From Antechinus flavipes (taxonomy: Eukaryota): DNA of 64,000 nt. A program made the translations under genes and the position numbers. The stretch covers positions 16,368,001 to 16,432,000 of the forward strand of contig NC_067402.1 of the NCBI RefSeq assembly GCF_016432865.1. The letters run 5' to 3'. The notes beneath the pieces were generated by a model. That model was given only the letters and a program-made list of their open reading frames with translations, had not been told where the DNA came from and did not search any database. The number at the start of each line of letters is the position of its first letter. Position 1 is the stretch's first letter. Positions 11,405 through 23,048 of the stretch are shown here, in pieces.

Positions 11405-11614
11405 TTTGTGTGTGTGTTGGGGTCAGACACAATGGAATGAAAAATCAAACGAACACATGGAGGGTCACATACAATTTACACGTAGCCTAGCTAAGCCAAG
11501 CCCTCAACCTCCGCCTCCTTTTTCCCTACCCGTGTTAGATTGATTACAGAATATAACTTTAAAATACACCTCCCCTCTCTCCATCCCAGAAGAAGCCACA
11601 TTGTGTTGTATTGG

Positions 11615-11828
11615 NNNNNNNNNNNNNNNNNNNNNNNNNNNNNNNNNNNNNNNNNNNNNNNNNNNNNNNNNNNNNNNNNNNNNNNNNNNNNNNNNNNNNN
11701 NNNNNNNNNNNNNNNNNNNNNNNNNNNNNNNNNNNNNNNNNNNNNNNNNNNNNNNNNNNNNNNNNNNNNNNNNNNNNNNNNNNNNNNNNNNNNNNNNNNN
11801 NNNNNNNNNNNNNNNNNNNNNNNNNNNN
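11615..11828. other. Assembly gap (others: 16993-17120, 18780-18927, 49030-49302, 55200-55435, 55485-55639)
   Basis: Runs of N, mostly flanked by GC-rich or simple-repeat sequence, as in short-read draft assemblies. Confidence 1.
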
Positions 11829-12557
11829 ACCTTCCTATGTGCTTTCCCTGGAAGACTGCACAACACAAAAACACGTCTCTCCAGCTGGCTGAATTAAGCC
11901 CGGATTGCTTATGAAGCTTATTTGCATAGCATGATATCTGAGCTGCAGCCGCTTGAGATTCAGTATGCTCCGTTCAAGAGACTTTACAGAGCAGTCTGTT
12001 GAAAGAAGTGAATTTTAGTGGAGCATGGTCTTTTCTCTCCCCCAAACCAGGGTCCCCCCAACTCGAACTGTTAGTACTCCCGCTGCTGCTGGAGTTGTGG
12101 CTAGTGGCCATATAAGTCTCACAAAAGAATATATTAGCATCTCATGCTTTCGAAGAACCGGCCCAAAGTAACTTTGTCCCTAGAGTCCAGGAAGCACACC
12201 AGAAAGTCCTAAGCAGAGGTTAGAGAGGGGTGGAAGGAAATGTCCTGGTTTCAGTTATGTGCCCCCCATAGTCCCATACTCCACCCTACCTCTCTCCTCC
12301 CTTTGCCTCTTCCCTCCCTCCCCCCCCAACACACACACACATCAACCTCTCCAGCTCAGTTCTGGATTTGGGGATTTGGGAAGGGGGCGGAGAGGAAAGG
12401 GAGTGTTTCATCCGTTCAATTTACACCAGCAAGTCCTGACTTCTGCCTCCTAGTGGGGGTGGGGATGAGGGAAAGTCTGGACAGGTAGGGGGGGAAGAGA
12501 GAGAGAAGAGAAAGAGGGAGAAGGTGGGGGGGGAGAAAGAGAGAGAAGAAGAGAGAG

Positions 12558-12559
<2 letters not shown>

Positions 12560-12630
<71 letters not shown>
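12560..12630. repeat. (GA)n microsatellite within a purine tract (about 12490-12770) in the HOXA9 intron
   Basis: About 35 GA units. Confidence 0.95.
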
Positions 12631-12634
<4 letters not shown>

Positions 12635-12895
12635 CCTCAGAATGGGACAGAATGGGATAAGGAAAGAGGGAAGGGGAAGGAAGCAGAGAGGAGGGGACTG
12701 GACAGAAGAGAAAAGGCAAAGAAGGGATAGAGGGATGGAGAAAAAGAGAGAAAGAAGGGGAAAGAGATCTTTCTCCAACAGGAGCAGCTCTCAGTCCTGG
12801 GAGCCGGCAGGTCCGGGCGGGAGGCGGGCAGCCGGGGGGTGGCCGAAGTGACAGCAGCGGTGCTGGGGTGGAAGGGTGTCCGCTCTGACACTTAC

Positions 12896-13445
12896 TCGGA
12901 TCAATGGGAGGTTTGTCCCCGCCGGCCTCACTGTCTCCATTGTTTTCCGAGAACGCACCTTCGTTGGGCTGCTTATCCCTATCAACTGGAGGAGAACCAC
13001 AAGCATAGTCAGACAGAGACAAAGTGTGAGTGTCAAACGTGGTACAGTCACCCCTTCTGGCCGAGAGCGGTTCAGGTTTAATGCCGTAATGCCTGCTGGA
13101 AGGTAAACCCGGGAAGGACAGAGAGCCTGGCATGGGTTCCAGCCAGGAACGCATGTACCTGCCGTCAGGGGCCGCCGCTACGGGCGCCTGGTGGTGCACA
13201 TAGGGGTGGTAGACGGCGGGCACATTGTTGGCGCTCGGCGGGTGCACCGGATTCCAGGAAGTGCCGAAGACCGATGCCTTCGATTGGAAGCTGCACGGGC
13301 TGAAGTCCGGGTGCTCCCCCAACGCCGGCTGCCGGGCGGGCTGCGCCAGGGCGCCGGGGCCGTAGCGGGACGGCACCAGCTCTTCACTCTCGTGGAGCAG
13401 AAACGAGTCCACGTAGTAATTGCTCAGGGTCCCCGAAGTCGACAT
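12896..13445 (-). CDS. HOXA9: Homeobox A9, exon 1 (550 nt; joined protein 262 aa)
   Basis: ATG at 13445 gives MSTSGTLSNYYVDSFLL...RYMRSWLEP...HYGIKPEP...GGDKPPIDP. Donor A|GTAAGT at 12896/12895, phase 1, matches exon 2. Confidence 0.97.
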
Positions 13446-13990
13446 GGCCACGCGACGCCGCCGCCGCCGCCGCCGCCCCGACGCCGGACCTGCGGAAATT
13501 ATGAAACTGCAGATTTCATGTAACAACTTGGTCCTACGGAGAAGTACAGTCACCTAATAAGTTGAAGGCTGCCTGTCACGCCATTGGCTGGCCGCGTCAC
13601 GTGCCGGGCCAGCAGAACAATAAAGTATAAATCACTCCGCAGGCTATTAATGGGCCAGTGTTTTCCAGTCATAATTTTTATAGCAAAGCCATATGTTTTT
13701 ATGCAAAGGGATATTTGAGTTCTACGATAAAGTTTGTTTTAATTGTGGCCAACGGAGATTAAAAGATCAGGTTGGGTCTGACTACCCCCTTTTTAAGCGG
13801 ACTATTTTATATCACAATTAATCACGCCATCAGTGAGGCAGAGCTCCCTGCGAAAACCTGGGGAGCCGAGACCTCCACATAAAATTATACAATAATTGAA
13901 GCCATAAAAAAGCAAAATCGCATTCTCGCTGTACTGTATTTAAATATATATTTATGATATTTCATAAGGAGTTATTGTTGCGAGAGCCAC
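13446..13990 (-). promoter_or_regulatory. HOXA9 5'UTR, promoter and upstream conserved AT-rich block
   Basis: Leader GTTGTTACATGAAATCTGCAGTTTCATAATTTCC, CCAAT (ATTGG 13583-13587), E-box CACGTG at 13598-13603, and many TTTAT/ATAAA HOX-CDX motifs at 13620-13970. Confidence 0.75.
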
Positions 13991-14571
13991 GGGGCTGGTA
14001 GGAAGTCAGTAAGGAAAGGCATATTCATTTGCCTCGCCGTGTCTCCCCGTAGTAAAAATTTACGAGTGCTTGGAAAGGTTAAATTATACTATTGTGTTTG
14101 GTTTGGGAGCTCACTGTAAATAACCGCGCTGCGCCGGGGCCGGAGCCTCCGGCCGAAAGTCAAAGGCGCCTCAGAGCAGCCGTCCGCCCCGACCGCTCCC
14201 CGCCCGGCCCCGACGCCCAGAGCCCGGCCCCGGTCTCGGGACGGATCCCAGGACCCCGCGTGCCTTGATCCGAAGGAAAGCTTGGAGTGTTCCTGGGGCT
14301 CCCCCGGCCGTCCTCCGGCGTCTCCCTCGCGTCCCCCGGGGCTGTAGGCTGGGGATGCTCAGGGCGCCCAGGCTGCCGATGCCCCTTCTCCCACCGTGCC
14401 CCCCCCCCAAGTTGACTGTAGTGCCCAGGACGCACCCAGCAAAGAAGACTCGAACGGGAAAGCATCTCCAGCCGCCGCACTCGGGTGTCTACAGATTTCT
14501 TCTCTCGATCTTAGCCTTTTTCTCTCTCACACAACGCCAACCCTCAGTGGCACGGACACAGGCTCGCGCGC

Positions 14572-14574
<3 letters not shown>

Positions 14575-14618
<44 letters not shown>
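14575..14618. repeat. (CA)n microsatellite
   Basis: Visible CA run. Confidence 0.95.
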
Positions 14619-14620
<2 letters not shown>

Positions 14621-17600
14621 CCTGCTTTTCTCTGGTCCTATGGAGACAGGCTCTCCGGCCTAAAGTTGGGGGAGAACGACTTTGTGGGGATCTGGGCATC
14701 TGGGCAGATTCCGAGAACCGTCAGTAGAGCTGTTGGGAGGGGGCAGCTTCAAGACCGCGTCTTGGGGCCCGGGTCCAAAGCTGAGCCCCGCGTCCGGCCC
14801 CCAGGCTGGCCCCACGGCCAGGCAAAGGACTCTATCCCGAGCTGGGACTCTTCTGGCAAGCTCTCCGCAGGGCCCAAGCAGCCGGGACCAGGCTCGCCCG
14901 CAGCCCAAGCCTGAGAAAGGGAAAATATTTACCAAAAGCGAGGGAATCTTGAAAAATGCAGTCCCAGCAACAGAAAAGGCACACCAACCTTCCCTTCCTC
15001 ATTCCCTTCTTCCCCTCCTCCCTCTCTCCTTCCTCTGTCCATTGCCATAGAAAAGCAGGGGGATTCTTTGTGTGGGGATGGGGGAACCCCGACGCAGCCG
15101 GTCACAGGCCCTAGGACCGAGGAAGAAATGTTTGTTTATTAATTTCCAGGATGCTCCTAGTCTACTGGGTTCACACACAAGATACACAAAGTGAGCGGAG
15201 GGTTACAGTCTCCAAGTAAAGCAAGTGAGCCGTCCCTCAGCTCAAGTCCAGTGTTAGGAATTAAAGTAAAGGTCCAGCACCGAGCAGGGGGAGAATGGGA
15301 CTTTTGACTTGAATTCATTCTTTCTTTACTTTTCTTGGGTATGGCCTCTTTATCCTACCCCCCACCCCCAACCACTGCCGTGGGGCTGGGGGGAGAAAGC
15401 AGGCCGCCTCCCTGTTAATTTGAAAAACCCAATCCTAAGTAGAAAGCCACAAGGACTTGCAACTGGGTAGTAATTAAATTCACGTGTGAATATTCCGCAT
15501 GCAAAAATATGTTTCTCATTAGCTTTACATCTCTTTCCTCCCTTTCCTTTCTCCCCCTCTTTTTTTTCTCTCCCTTTTCCTCCTGTTCAAGTTTTCTCAA
15601 TGACCACAACAGAAATCTCAGAGAGATCCTATTCTTTCTCTCAATTCCACGTCTGATTCGGAGTGATAAGAAGCTGGGAGAGTCTTATCTCTTTGAGGCA
15701 GTCAGAGAACCCGGCAAGATGCAGCAGCTCGAGGAAGGCCGGCCCATTGGCTTCCTAAAAAAATATGGAATGGACGTGAATGAAGTTAGGTTACACAATG
15801 ACCTCCAACTTAGCTCTCGGCCGTCCGCTTGCTTACGTCCAGGGCTAGCCCTCGGGGAGCCCTGATTTTATCCTCTTTCTTTTTTTTTAAAAATCGCCTC
15901 CTCATAAACAAAGGACGGACAAGGGGTCCGGAATCGTTCTCTGGCATCCTTAGGCTCCCGGTCCTTACTTAAGGACAATTTTGTTCGTTGTAAACGTTTC
16001 AGACTTAGCTGAGCGTAATAGACTTTACTGTCTCCGAACCGAGGCACCCCCAATGAGCCCTTTCTCAGCTTCAACCTAGAGAAAACTAATAACAACAATA
16101 ACAACAATAACAATAACACAACGAGAAAAGTGGTCGTTCTCTCAAACGGCCTAATTCTTTTTAACCCGAGCTATAGCTGAATAATTTGATAGTCGGCAAA
16201 CTGCAGCTTGACAGAGGCTGAGAAAGCAAAATTCCAAACCCCGTTTGGAGAAGGCATTGAGCTGGCTTATGTTTTTATTTTGACTGCGATAACCACGGTT
16301 GGGTTTTTGTTTGTTTGTTTCCGTGAAAAAGACCCTAGCCGCCAGACTAATAAGCCGGTGTAATTAAGAACCTCTCCCCTCCCTGCATATAATTCTTTTT
16401 TAAGGGTATTGCATAGCAAATGAATTGAATTGTAGAGCCGCCACCGCGGCAGGCTCTCTAACGACCCTCCATAGACCACAAGCACCAGAGGTTAATACAA
16501 CACTCCAAGTGGCCTTCAGAGCAAACTGAGAGGCTGCAGGTTGGAAAAGGGCAGCAATTGGGTTTTACCTCCTTAAAGGGAAAAAGAGAGAGAGAGAGAG
16601 GGAGGGAGAGAGAGAGAGAGTAAAGATCCTTCCAGGTTGGCCCAAGAAAAAGAAAGTGGCTATTCTGTCCGGATTTCGGCACCGCGTGGGACGGAAAGGG
16701 CCTTTCTGTTGTTGGGCAAGCCCGACTTGGGGGAGATGTGACCCCTGCCTCGGAATAGACTCCACCTGGGCTCAAGCACTCAACTTTGCCTTGTCTTTTC
16801 TAGAGTTTTGTGGGGCCAGTCCCGCCTTGGATTACTTAAAGCTTCCTAAATCTGGGAATTGGGCTGTCCGAAGCTCCCCGATTCTCCTTTCATGTTTCTT
16901 TCTCAAAATTCCCTGGGCAAAGGAATGCATTTAAGGTAGTTAGATATATAAATATTTATTCAAATGACCAGGGATTGAATTACCCCAGCGGGNNNNNNNN
17001 NNNNNNNNNNNNNNNNNNNNNNNNNNNNNNNNNNNNNNNNNNNNNNNNNNNNNNNNNNNNNNNNNNNNNNNNNNNNNNNNNNNNNNNNNNNNNNNNNNNN
17101 NNNNNNNNNNNNNNNNNNNNTCTCTCTATCCATCTCTCTCTTCCTCTCTCCTAACTTAGCCAGAAGGACCATGGCAAAGCTCTGTTGTAGAGCCAGCCGC
17201 AGAAGCTCTCTCCCTGCTTGGCTTCTTCTGGGTTTTCTCGGAGAATGCTCCCCGAAGAGCTTCCTTGCCCCCCTGACAGCCTAGTCAGTCTCAAAACCCT
17301 GGCACAGAGCAAGGAAGCAGCGTGCCCCTTGTAGCCACAAGCTCAGCCTGCAGAATCCCTCTGCTCCTGCACATATTCCCGCCAGCCCTCATCTCTCCCG
17401 GGTTCCCGGGCACTGGTTCTTGTTTGGTGTCCACGTAACAAAGCCCGGAGTGTGGGGCTCCCCGCGACAGACCCAGCGAGGTCGCTGTTGCTCAGTCCGC
17501 CTCAAAGGAATGCAGGCGCCTGGCCGCTGCCTAATCGTGATCGTAACCGAGGCCTTGCGAACGCTACCGAGCCAAAGTGCAAAATCTGCCTCGATTGTCT

Positions 17601-17816
17601 CCTCTCCTCGGGACCCGTTCCTTCCCGAGTCAGGCAGTGGAGACCTCAGTTTCTTTAGGCTCTCCCCCAAACTTAACCGCAGCACCTGGATAGGAGGACT
17701 AAGGCAAATCCGCAGTTAGTCCACAAACCAGGCCTGTGTCCCAAAGGCCCAAAATGAAAGGAGAAGGAAATATGGAGAAAAGAGAATCAGAAAACAAAAA
17801 AAGAGAGAAAGAGAAA

Positions 17817-17819
<3 letters not shown>

Positions 17820-17864
<45 letters not shown>
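17820..17864. repeat. (GT)n microsatellite
   Basis: Visible GT run. Confidence 0.95.
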
Positions 17865-17868
<4 letters not shown>

Positions 17869-18419
17869 TGGGAATAATCGATAAGCAGAATCCTGACTTC
17901 CTTCCACCTTGGCCCTTCTTTGACAAGTCTGAACCAGAGGTTTTGGGGAAGGGGAGGAGGAAGGGGGTCCCATCCAGATTTCTAGGTTTCCTCTAATTCT
18001 TTTCAGGCAACAGAAGATCTTGGAATTTTACGCGCAAAGCAGGGGCGGCTGAAACGCGGGTCCAAGCACCCGAAGCCCCCATTCCTTAGCAAACCGCACC
18101 TGACCTTGAATGGCCCCTAGCCGAGAAATTCCTACCACGCCCCCGCCGCCTCCGAGCGAGCTAACCTGACCATACCTGCCCCAAGTTTGGGGGGGGGGGG
18201 AGGAGCAGAGCATAGGAAAACGTAGGAAGGAGAAGAGGAAGGAGAACTGGGCGCTCCTCGGTCCGCGCACGCCCCGGATCCGGGCAGGGCAGGCGGCAGA
18301 GAAGCACTGTGCTCCCGGAGCGGGTAGTGGCATTTGGACGTGACGCCTAGTTAGAGGTCCGTCCTCGGCCCCTGTCTTCGGCCCCCTGCCCACCGGCTCT
18401 CTATACCTGGTGACGAATT

Positions 18420-18505
18420 CAACTGAAGTAATGAAGGCAGTATCATGCTGTCGAGAGAAAGGTGGAGCCCCAACAACAGGAAACTACCTAAATCACAGAC
18501 CAGTT
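18420..18505 (-). ncRNA. MIR196B: pre-miR-196b hairpin; mature 5p UAGGUAGUUUCCUGUUGUUGGG at 18490-18469, 3p arm about 18454-18433
   Basis: Minus strand AACTGGTCTGTGATTTAGGTAGTTTCCTGTTGTTGGGGCTCCACCTTTCTCTCGACAGCATGATACTGCCTTCATTACTTCAGTTG, at the canonical position between HOXA9 and HOXA10. Confidence 0.98.
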
Positions 18506-18621
18506 CTGCTGCTCCCCCAAGGCCCGGTTCCTTATGCAGGGATCCCGCTATAGAGAGAGAAACAAAATCAAGTCAAACCCCAGACCGAGGCGCCGCCGCT
18601 CCAACCTGCCCCGGGCCGCTG

Positions 18622-18660
18622 CCACCTCCACCGCCACCGCCACCGCCACCGCCACCGCCG
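18622..18660. repeat. (CCACCG)n hexamer repeat about 120 bp upstream of the miR-196b hairpin
   Basis: CCACCTCCACCGCCACCGCCACCGCCACCGCCACCGCCG. Confidence 0.9.
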
Positions 18661-19829
18661 CAGTCTTATGACTGCTTAAAATGGGGAAAGGAAAGGAAAA
18701 GACAGAGAGAAGGGAGGGCGAGAGAGATGGAAGGACGGGGAGGGAGGAGGGAAAGGAAGGAGAGGAGAGGGAGAAAGCANNNNNNNNNNNNNNNNNNNNN
18801 NNNNNNNNNNNNNNNNNNNNNNNNNNNNNNNNNNNNNNNNNNNNNNNNNNNNNNNNNNNNNNNNNNNNNNNNNNNNNNNNNNNNNNNNNNNNNNNNNNNN
18901 NNNNNNNNNNNNNNNNNNNNNNNNNNNTTTTCTCAAACCTTCAAGTAGAGCGAACCGTGGAGAAAAGGGGAGGGCATTAATGGGCCTACCATAAAGCCCT
19001 AAAGGACTGAGCTGAGCATCGGGTTCAAAGTCTGTCTTGGAGGAGAGTTGGCCCAGCGGCTTGGACTAGCCAAGCCTGCCGGGGCTGCCCCCCACTTCCT
19101 TCTCCCCCTCCTCTTCCTCTTCTCTTCAAGCACTCCCCCAGCCCCCTCTCGTTGCTGCCTCCCCCCACTCCCACCTTAATCTGACAAGGAGGCAGAAACC
19201 TTTTTGCCTCTCCAGGCTAGAACCACCAGGTAGACAGAAGGCCTGGGGTGGGGATGGGGTGGGTGAGGGGTCAGCCGCAGTGAGGAGCTTGTGGGGAGAG
19301 AGAAGTTGGGTTTGGGGCACCGCTGTCTCTAGCCATCCGCCATCTCTCTGGTAGGGGCTCACCTTCCCAGCAGCTCCCGGGGTATCCGAGGGTTATGGGT
19401 GGCACCTAAGGCCTGTTTCCTGCCTAGGAAAAGACCTCGATTCATTGAGATTGGGTGTCGGCCGCAAAACAAAACAAAACAAAAAAATCGATCTCTGATC
19501 CATTCTCTACCCTCTAGAAATACTCTGTGGCTTCCTCTGTCTATGCAGCTCCTCACTCGACTGAAACCACTCGCTCGTCCAAGTCAGCAACAATCCAGAT
19601 ATACTAGCAAGTCATAAAAAAAGGAACAAAAGCCCACAAACCTTAGGGCCGCATTGCTCTACGGCCGAGACAAATTACGACTGTCTAGGTAATATTTAAA
19701 TGGATGCCTCGAGTAATTGCAGGGAGCCCAGGCCCTATTCCTGTTGTAAAAGTTGGGGACGAGATAAAGTGGGTGGTGAAGATAAACAGTCACAAAAGAG
19801 GTAAAATTAAAAGGCTTCATTCCACGGCT

Positions 19830-19835
19830 TTTATT
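19830..19835 (-). terminator. HOXA10 polyadenylation signal
   Basis: AATAAA on the minus strand about 1.35 kb after the stop codon. Confidence 0.65.
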
Positions 19836-21179
19836 CTATATAAGAACATAAACATTGTCTTTTTTTTTTTCCACGCACAGCAGCATTACAATATTAATTT
19901 ATTCTGATTTAAGGTAAGAAGTAAATAGAGCTAGGACTAACATTTATAATAACGATAGAATGCATTTGCTTAAAACAGTATTGGCAATTCTTTAATAATA
20001 GACATTTATACAGATTTGTACTTCGACTTCTCTTTGTTTCTGCACCTACAGGTTTGACCCTTTTATGCATGTAACTTCACAGTATAAAGGAAATCCAAAC
20101 AATGTCTCCCTTTCTCTCTTCTACCCCGTCTGCTAGAGTCCTCTGAAGGGTTCCATGAATTTCAGTAAGCAAAATAAAAGCGAAATTTCCTCTCCTCCTC
20201 CCCGTCAAGGCCAGGAGAATTGTGTGTGCTTGTCACGTGCTACCAGTGGTAACATTACTTAGAGACAAAAATCCACTAATTCCACATAATATAATAAGCA
20301 AAACTACATTAGATCACTATCTACAACAGGGAAGATAGCGGGAGGCAGAGGTAAGTGTGAACATTTAATGCCGGAGCAGCACGAGACCTTGGTTGCAGTC
20401 AAAAGAGGTCTTCCTCTCCTGCTCAATTTGTAAAACTGGGATAGTTTTCAGAGAAAAGAGAGAAGGGAGCCCGTTCTTTCTCTTCCTCTTTCTTTCTCCC
20501 TCTCTCCATCTTTCCCTCCTTCTGGCCCCCCCACAACGTCATGCCCTTGTTTTCCCCCTGCGTGTTCGCGATGGTGAAGGCCTTCCCTTCGAAAAGAAAG
20601 AAAGAAACTAGGAACGCCAAGGGAAAGAGACAGCCTCCCTCTCTCACACATACCTCCCAGCCCGACTCTGACCTGAACGCGGCCAAAATGAAAAACCTCG
20701 ACTACTCACCCGTCACCTCCCCACAGACACCTTAGCGTTTACAATGAGTACACTCTTGTCTCTGGACTCGGAGCCTGGCTAGCCACGCGTAGCCCTCTGA
20801 GAGATGACACTTGACTCGTGGAAGGAGTGGGGAGAGAGGGAGGCGAGCAAGCTCAGCCCGAGACGTCGCTCGCCACGTCAGCTCGGTTTGTTTGTTTGTT
20901 TGCTCGTTTGCTCGCTTGTTTGTTTGGGAGGCAAGTCTCCCCCTCCCCGTTCACCCCCAGAAAACAAGACAAACAAACCAAACGATCTCCCCCCTCCCCG
21001 ATCCCGCCTTGCGAAGCTGCTAGGGCTAGATGGAGGATGGAGAAAGGGGTGGGAAAAACCAAAACCAAACAAAATCAAAATCGTGACTCCGGGAGATACA
21101 GGTGCGAATCTCTAGCGCCTAGGAAGAAGGGCTACTGGCTCTTTTCACCGTCAAAACGTGGTGGTCGTTTGGAGGTTCA

Positions 21180-21454
21180 TCAAGAAAAGTTAAAATTGGC
21201 TGTGAGCTCGCGGATTCTGTTCTCTCGGTTCATTTTCTTCAGTTTCATGCGTCGGTTCTGAAACCAGATCTTAACCTGTCTGTCTGTGAGATGGACACTG
21301 CGGCTGATCTCTAGGCGCCGCTCTCGAGTTAGGTACATGTTGAAAAGAAATTCCTTCTCCAGCTCCAAAGTCTGGTGCTTGGTGTAAGGGCAGCGCTTCT
21401 TCCGGCCGCTCTTCGCCGTGAGCCAGTTAGCCGCGTTCTCACCTTTGGCGTTGC
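21180..21454 (-). CDS. HOXA10: Homeobox A10, exon 2 (homeodomain)
   Basis: Acceptor CCCCAG|GC at 21455/21454. Translation (G)[90 protein letters not shown], followed by tandem TGA TGA. Confidence 0.98.
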
Positions 21455-22399
21455 CTGGGGTCGAGAAGAGAAAGCGGGGAAGGGAGAGGAGGAGAGGGGG
21501 AGGCAGAGGAGGGAACGAGAAAGGAGGAGGGAGGCAAGTTACGGCCAGGCCCGCAGCAGAGCACGCATCGGGGACCCCGGCTGGCCGCAGGCGCGGCTGG
21601 GACCCAGGCTCCGGGGGAGCCCTTGCACTGCTTTGGCCCAGCACCTCGTGGAAAAGCCTTTCCTGCACGTCGTCCCTAATGGACCCCAGACAGTGGAAAG
21701 GGAGAGGGGAGGGCTGAAAGCTACAGAAAGGGGTTCAAATCTCCCCTTTGGTCATGCCGAGGAGGGGGGCGACTCCATTAAAAGACATTTTCTAAAGGCC
21801 TCCCGGCTCTCTTCCCCTTCAGAACACCCCCACACCCCCCCAAATTGCGTTTTAATTGGTTTTCCAAACACCTGTTTTCACACAAAGGGAGCTAGCGGGG
21901 AGGACGCGGAGGAGAGCTTGGAAGCGAAGGCTGGGCACCGGGAGAAGGGCGGCCGTATATCTTGAACTTAACGCCTTTCTTTGCCTTTCCTTCCCCTTAG
22001 CAGACAAGCATTTCCTCTGCCCCCCTGAGCTTGGGGGCAGGGAGTCCCATTATTGCCCCAGGGTCAGCAGAGGAAAGGCTTGGGGGAGGGGACCTTGGCG
22101 GCTGCCCCAACCGGTCTCTACTGGACTGAGGGTGGGCGTGGGGATGGTGGGAGACGATTGAATTTGTGCCAAAAGTAAAGAGGAAAAATAATCGATTGGG
22201 TGTCATCCCCAACCCCCAGCCAAGAATATAGGAACTCGGGGAATTCCGAGGGAGCGAGAGGGGGAAAGCCCTACTATGCTCTAACTCCAAGCTCTAGGTC
22301 GGGGTTAGGCTGGGCTGCACTGGGGTTGTCAGAGGAGATTCCCTGCCAGTTCCCCTTGCAAGGAGGATCTCATGGCGACTGTGACTTTGCAAGAGACAT

Positions 22400-22510
22400 T
22401 TGGGATCGTAAACTACAACTTCGCCTGTTAATAGGGCTTATTTATTGGCGCCGGCGGCTGATTATTTTGGAAGCTTTACAAACAGCCTTGTTATCTGCGA
22501 ACCACCTTCT
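22400..22510. promoter_or_regulatory. HOXA10 intronic HOX-motif cluster
   Basis: GATCGTAAA, TTATTTATTGG and TGATTATTTT in an AT-rich island within a GC-rich intron. Confidence 0.4.
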
Positions 22511-23048
22511 CCTCGCTGGCGGGGCTGGGCGGGTGGGCTGGGGCGATTGGGTCGGGGATTCTGACGAGGAGGAAGACCATGGTAAAGGAGAAGTGGTGGA
22601 GGGGGGGGGGGTTGCTCCCTGGCCTCCTGGTTCTGATCACCTCCGACCTGGCTCGCCTGGCGAACGAGTCTGGGGCTGGAGAGCAGAGGCAGTTCTCTAC
22701 ACCGGACATTAATTTTTACTGCGTCCCCACGCCCAAATATTAAAAAAAAAAAAATACTAAACCAAGTTCACAAGGTCAGCTGGAGTGGAGCTGCGTGCCA
22801 GACCGAAACTGCCGGCTGCTGAGTTCCCTCTCCTCTCCTCGGGGTTTTTTGCTGGCTCTCTGCTATTTCCGGGGCTCTCTATCTCTGCCTTTCGGGGGGC
22901 CCCTTTCTCTTTCCTTCCTCCCCTCCCTTCCTCCTCCGTCTCCATGTCTGCTTCTCTGTCTCCCTGTCTCTCCTGATCCTTCTGTGGCTGGCTTTCTCTC
23001 TCACTTCCGCTCCCTCTGTGCAGGTCCGGGGTTTTCAAGCACACTTAC

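Noticed and set aside
20410-20450. MIR-core-like string CTCAATTTGTAAAACTGGGATA in the HOXA10 3'UTR
   Set aside because: Too short and divergent to call without RepeatMasker.
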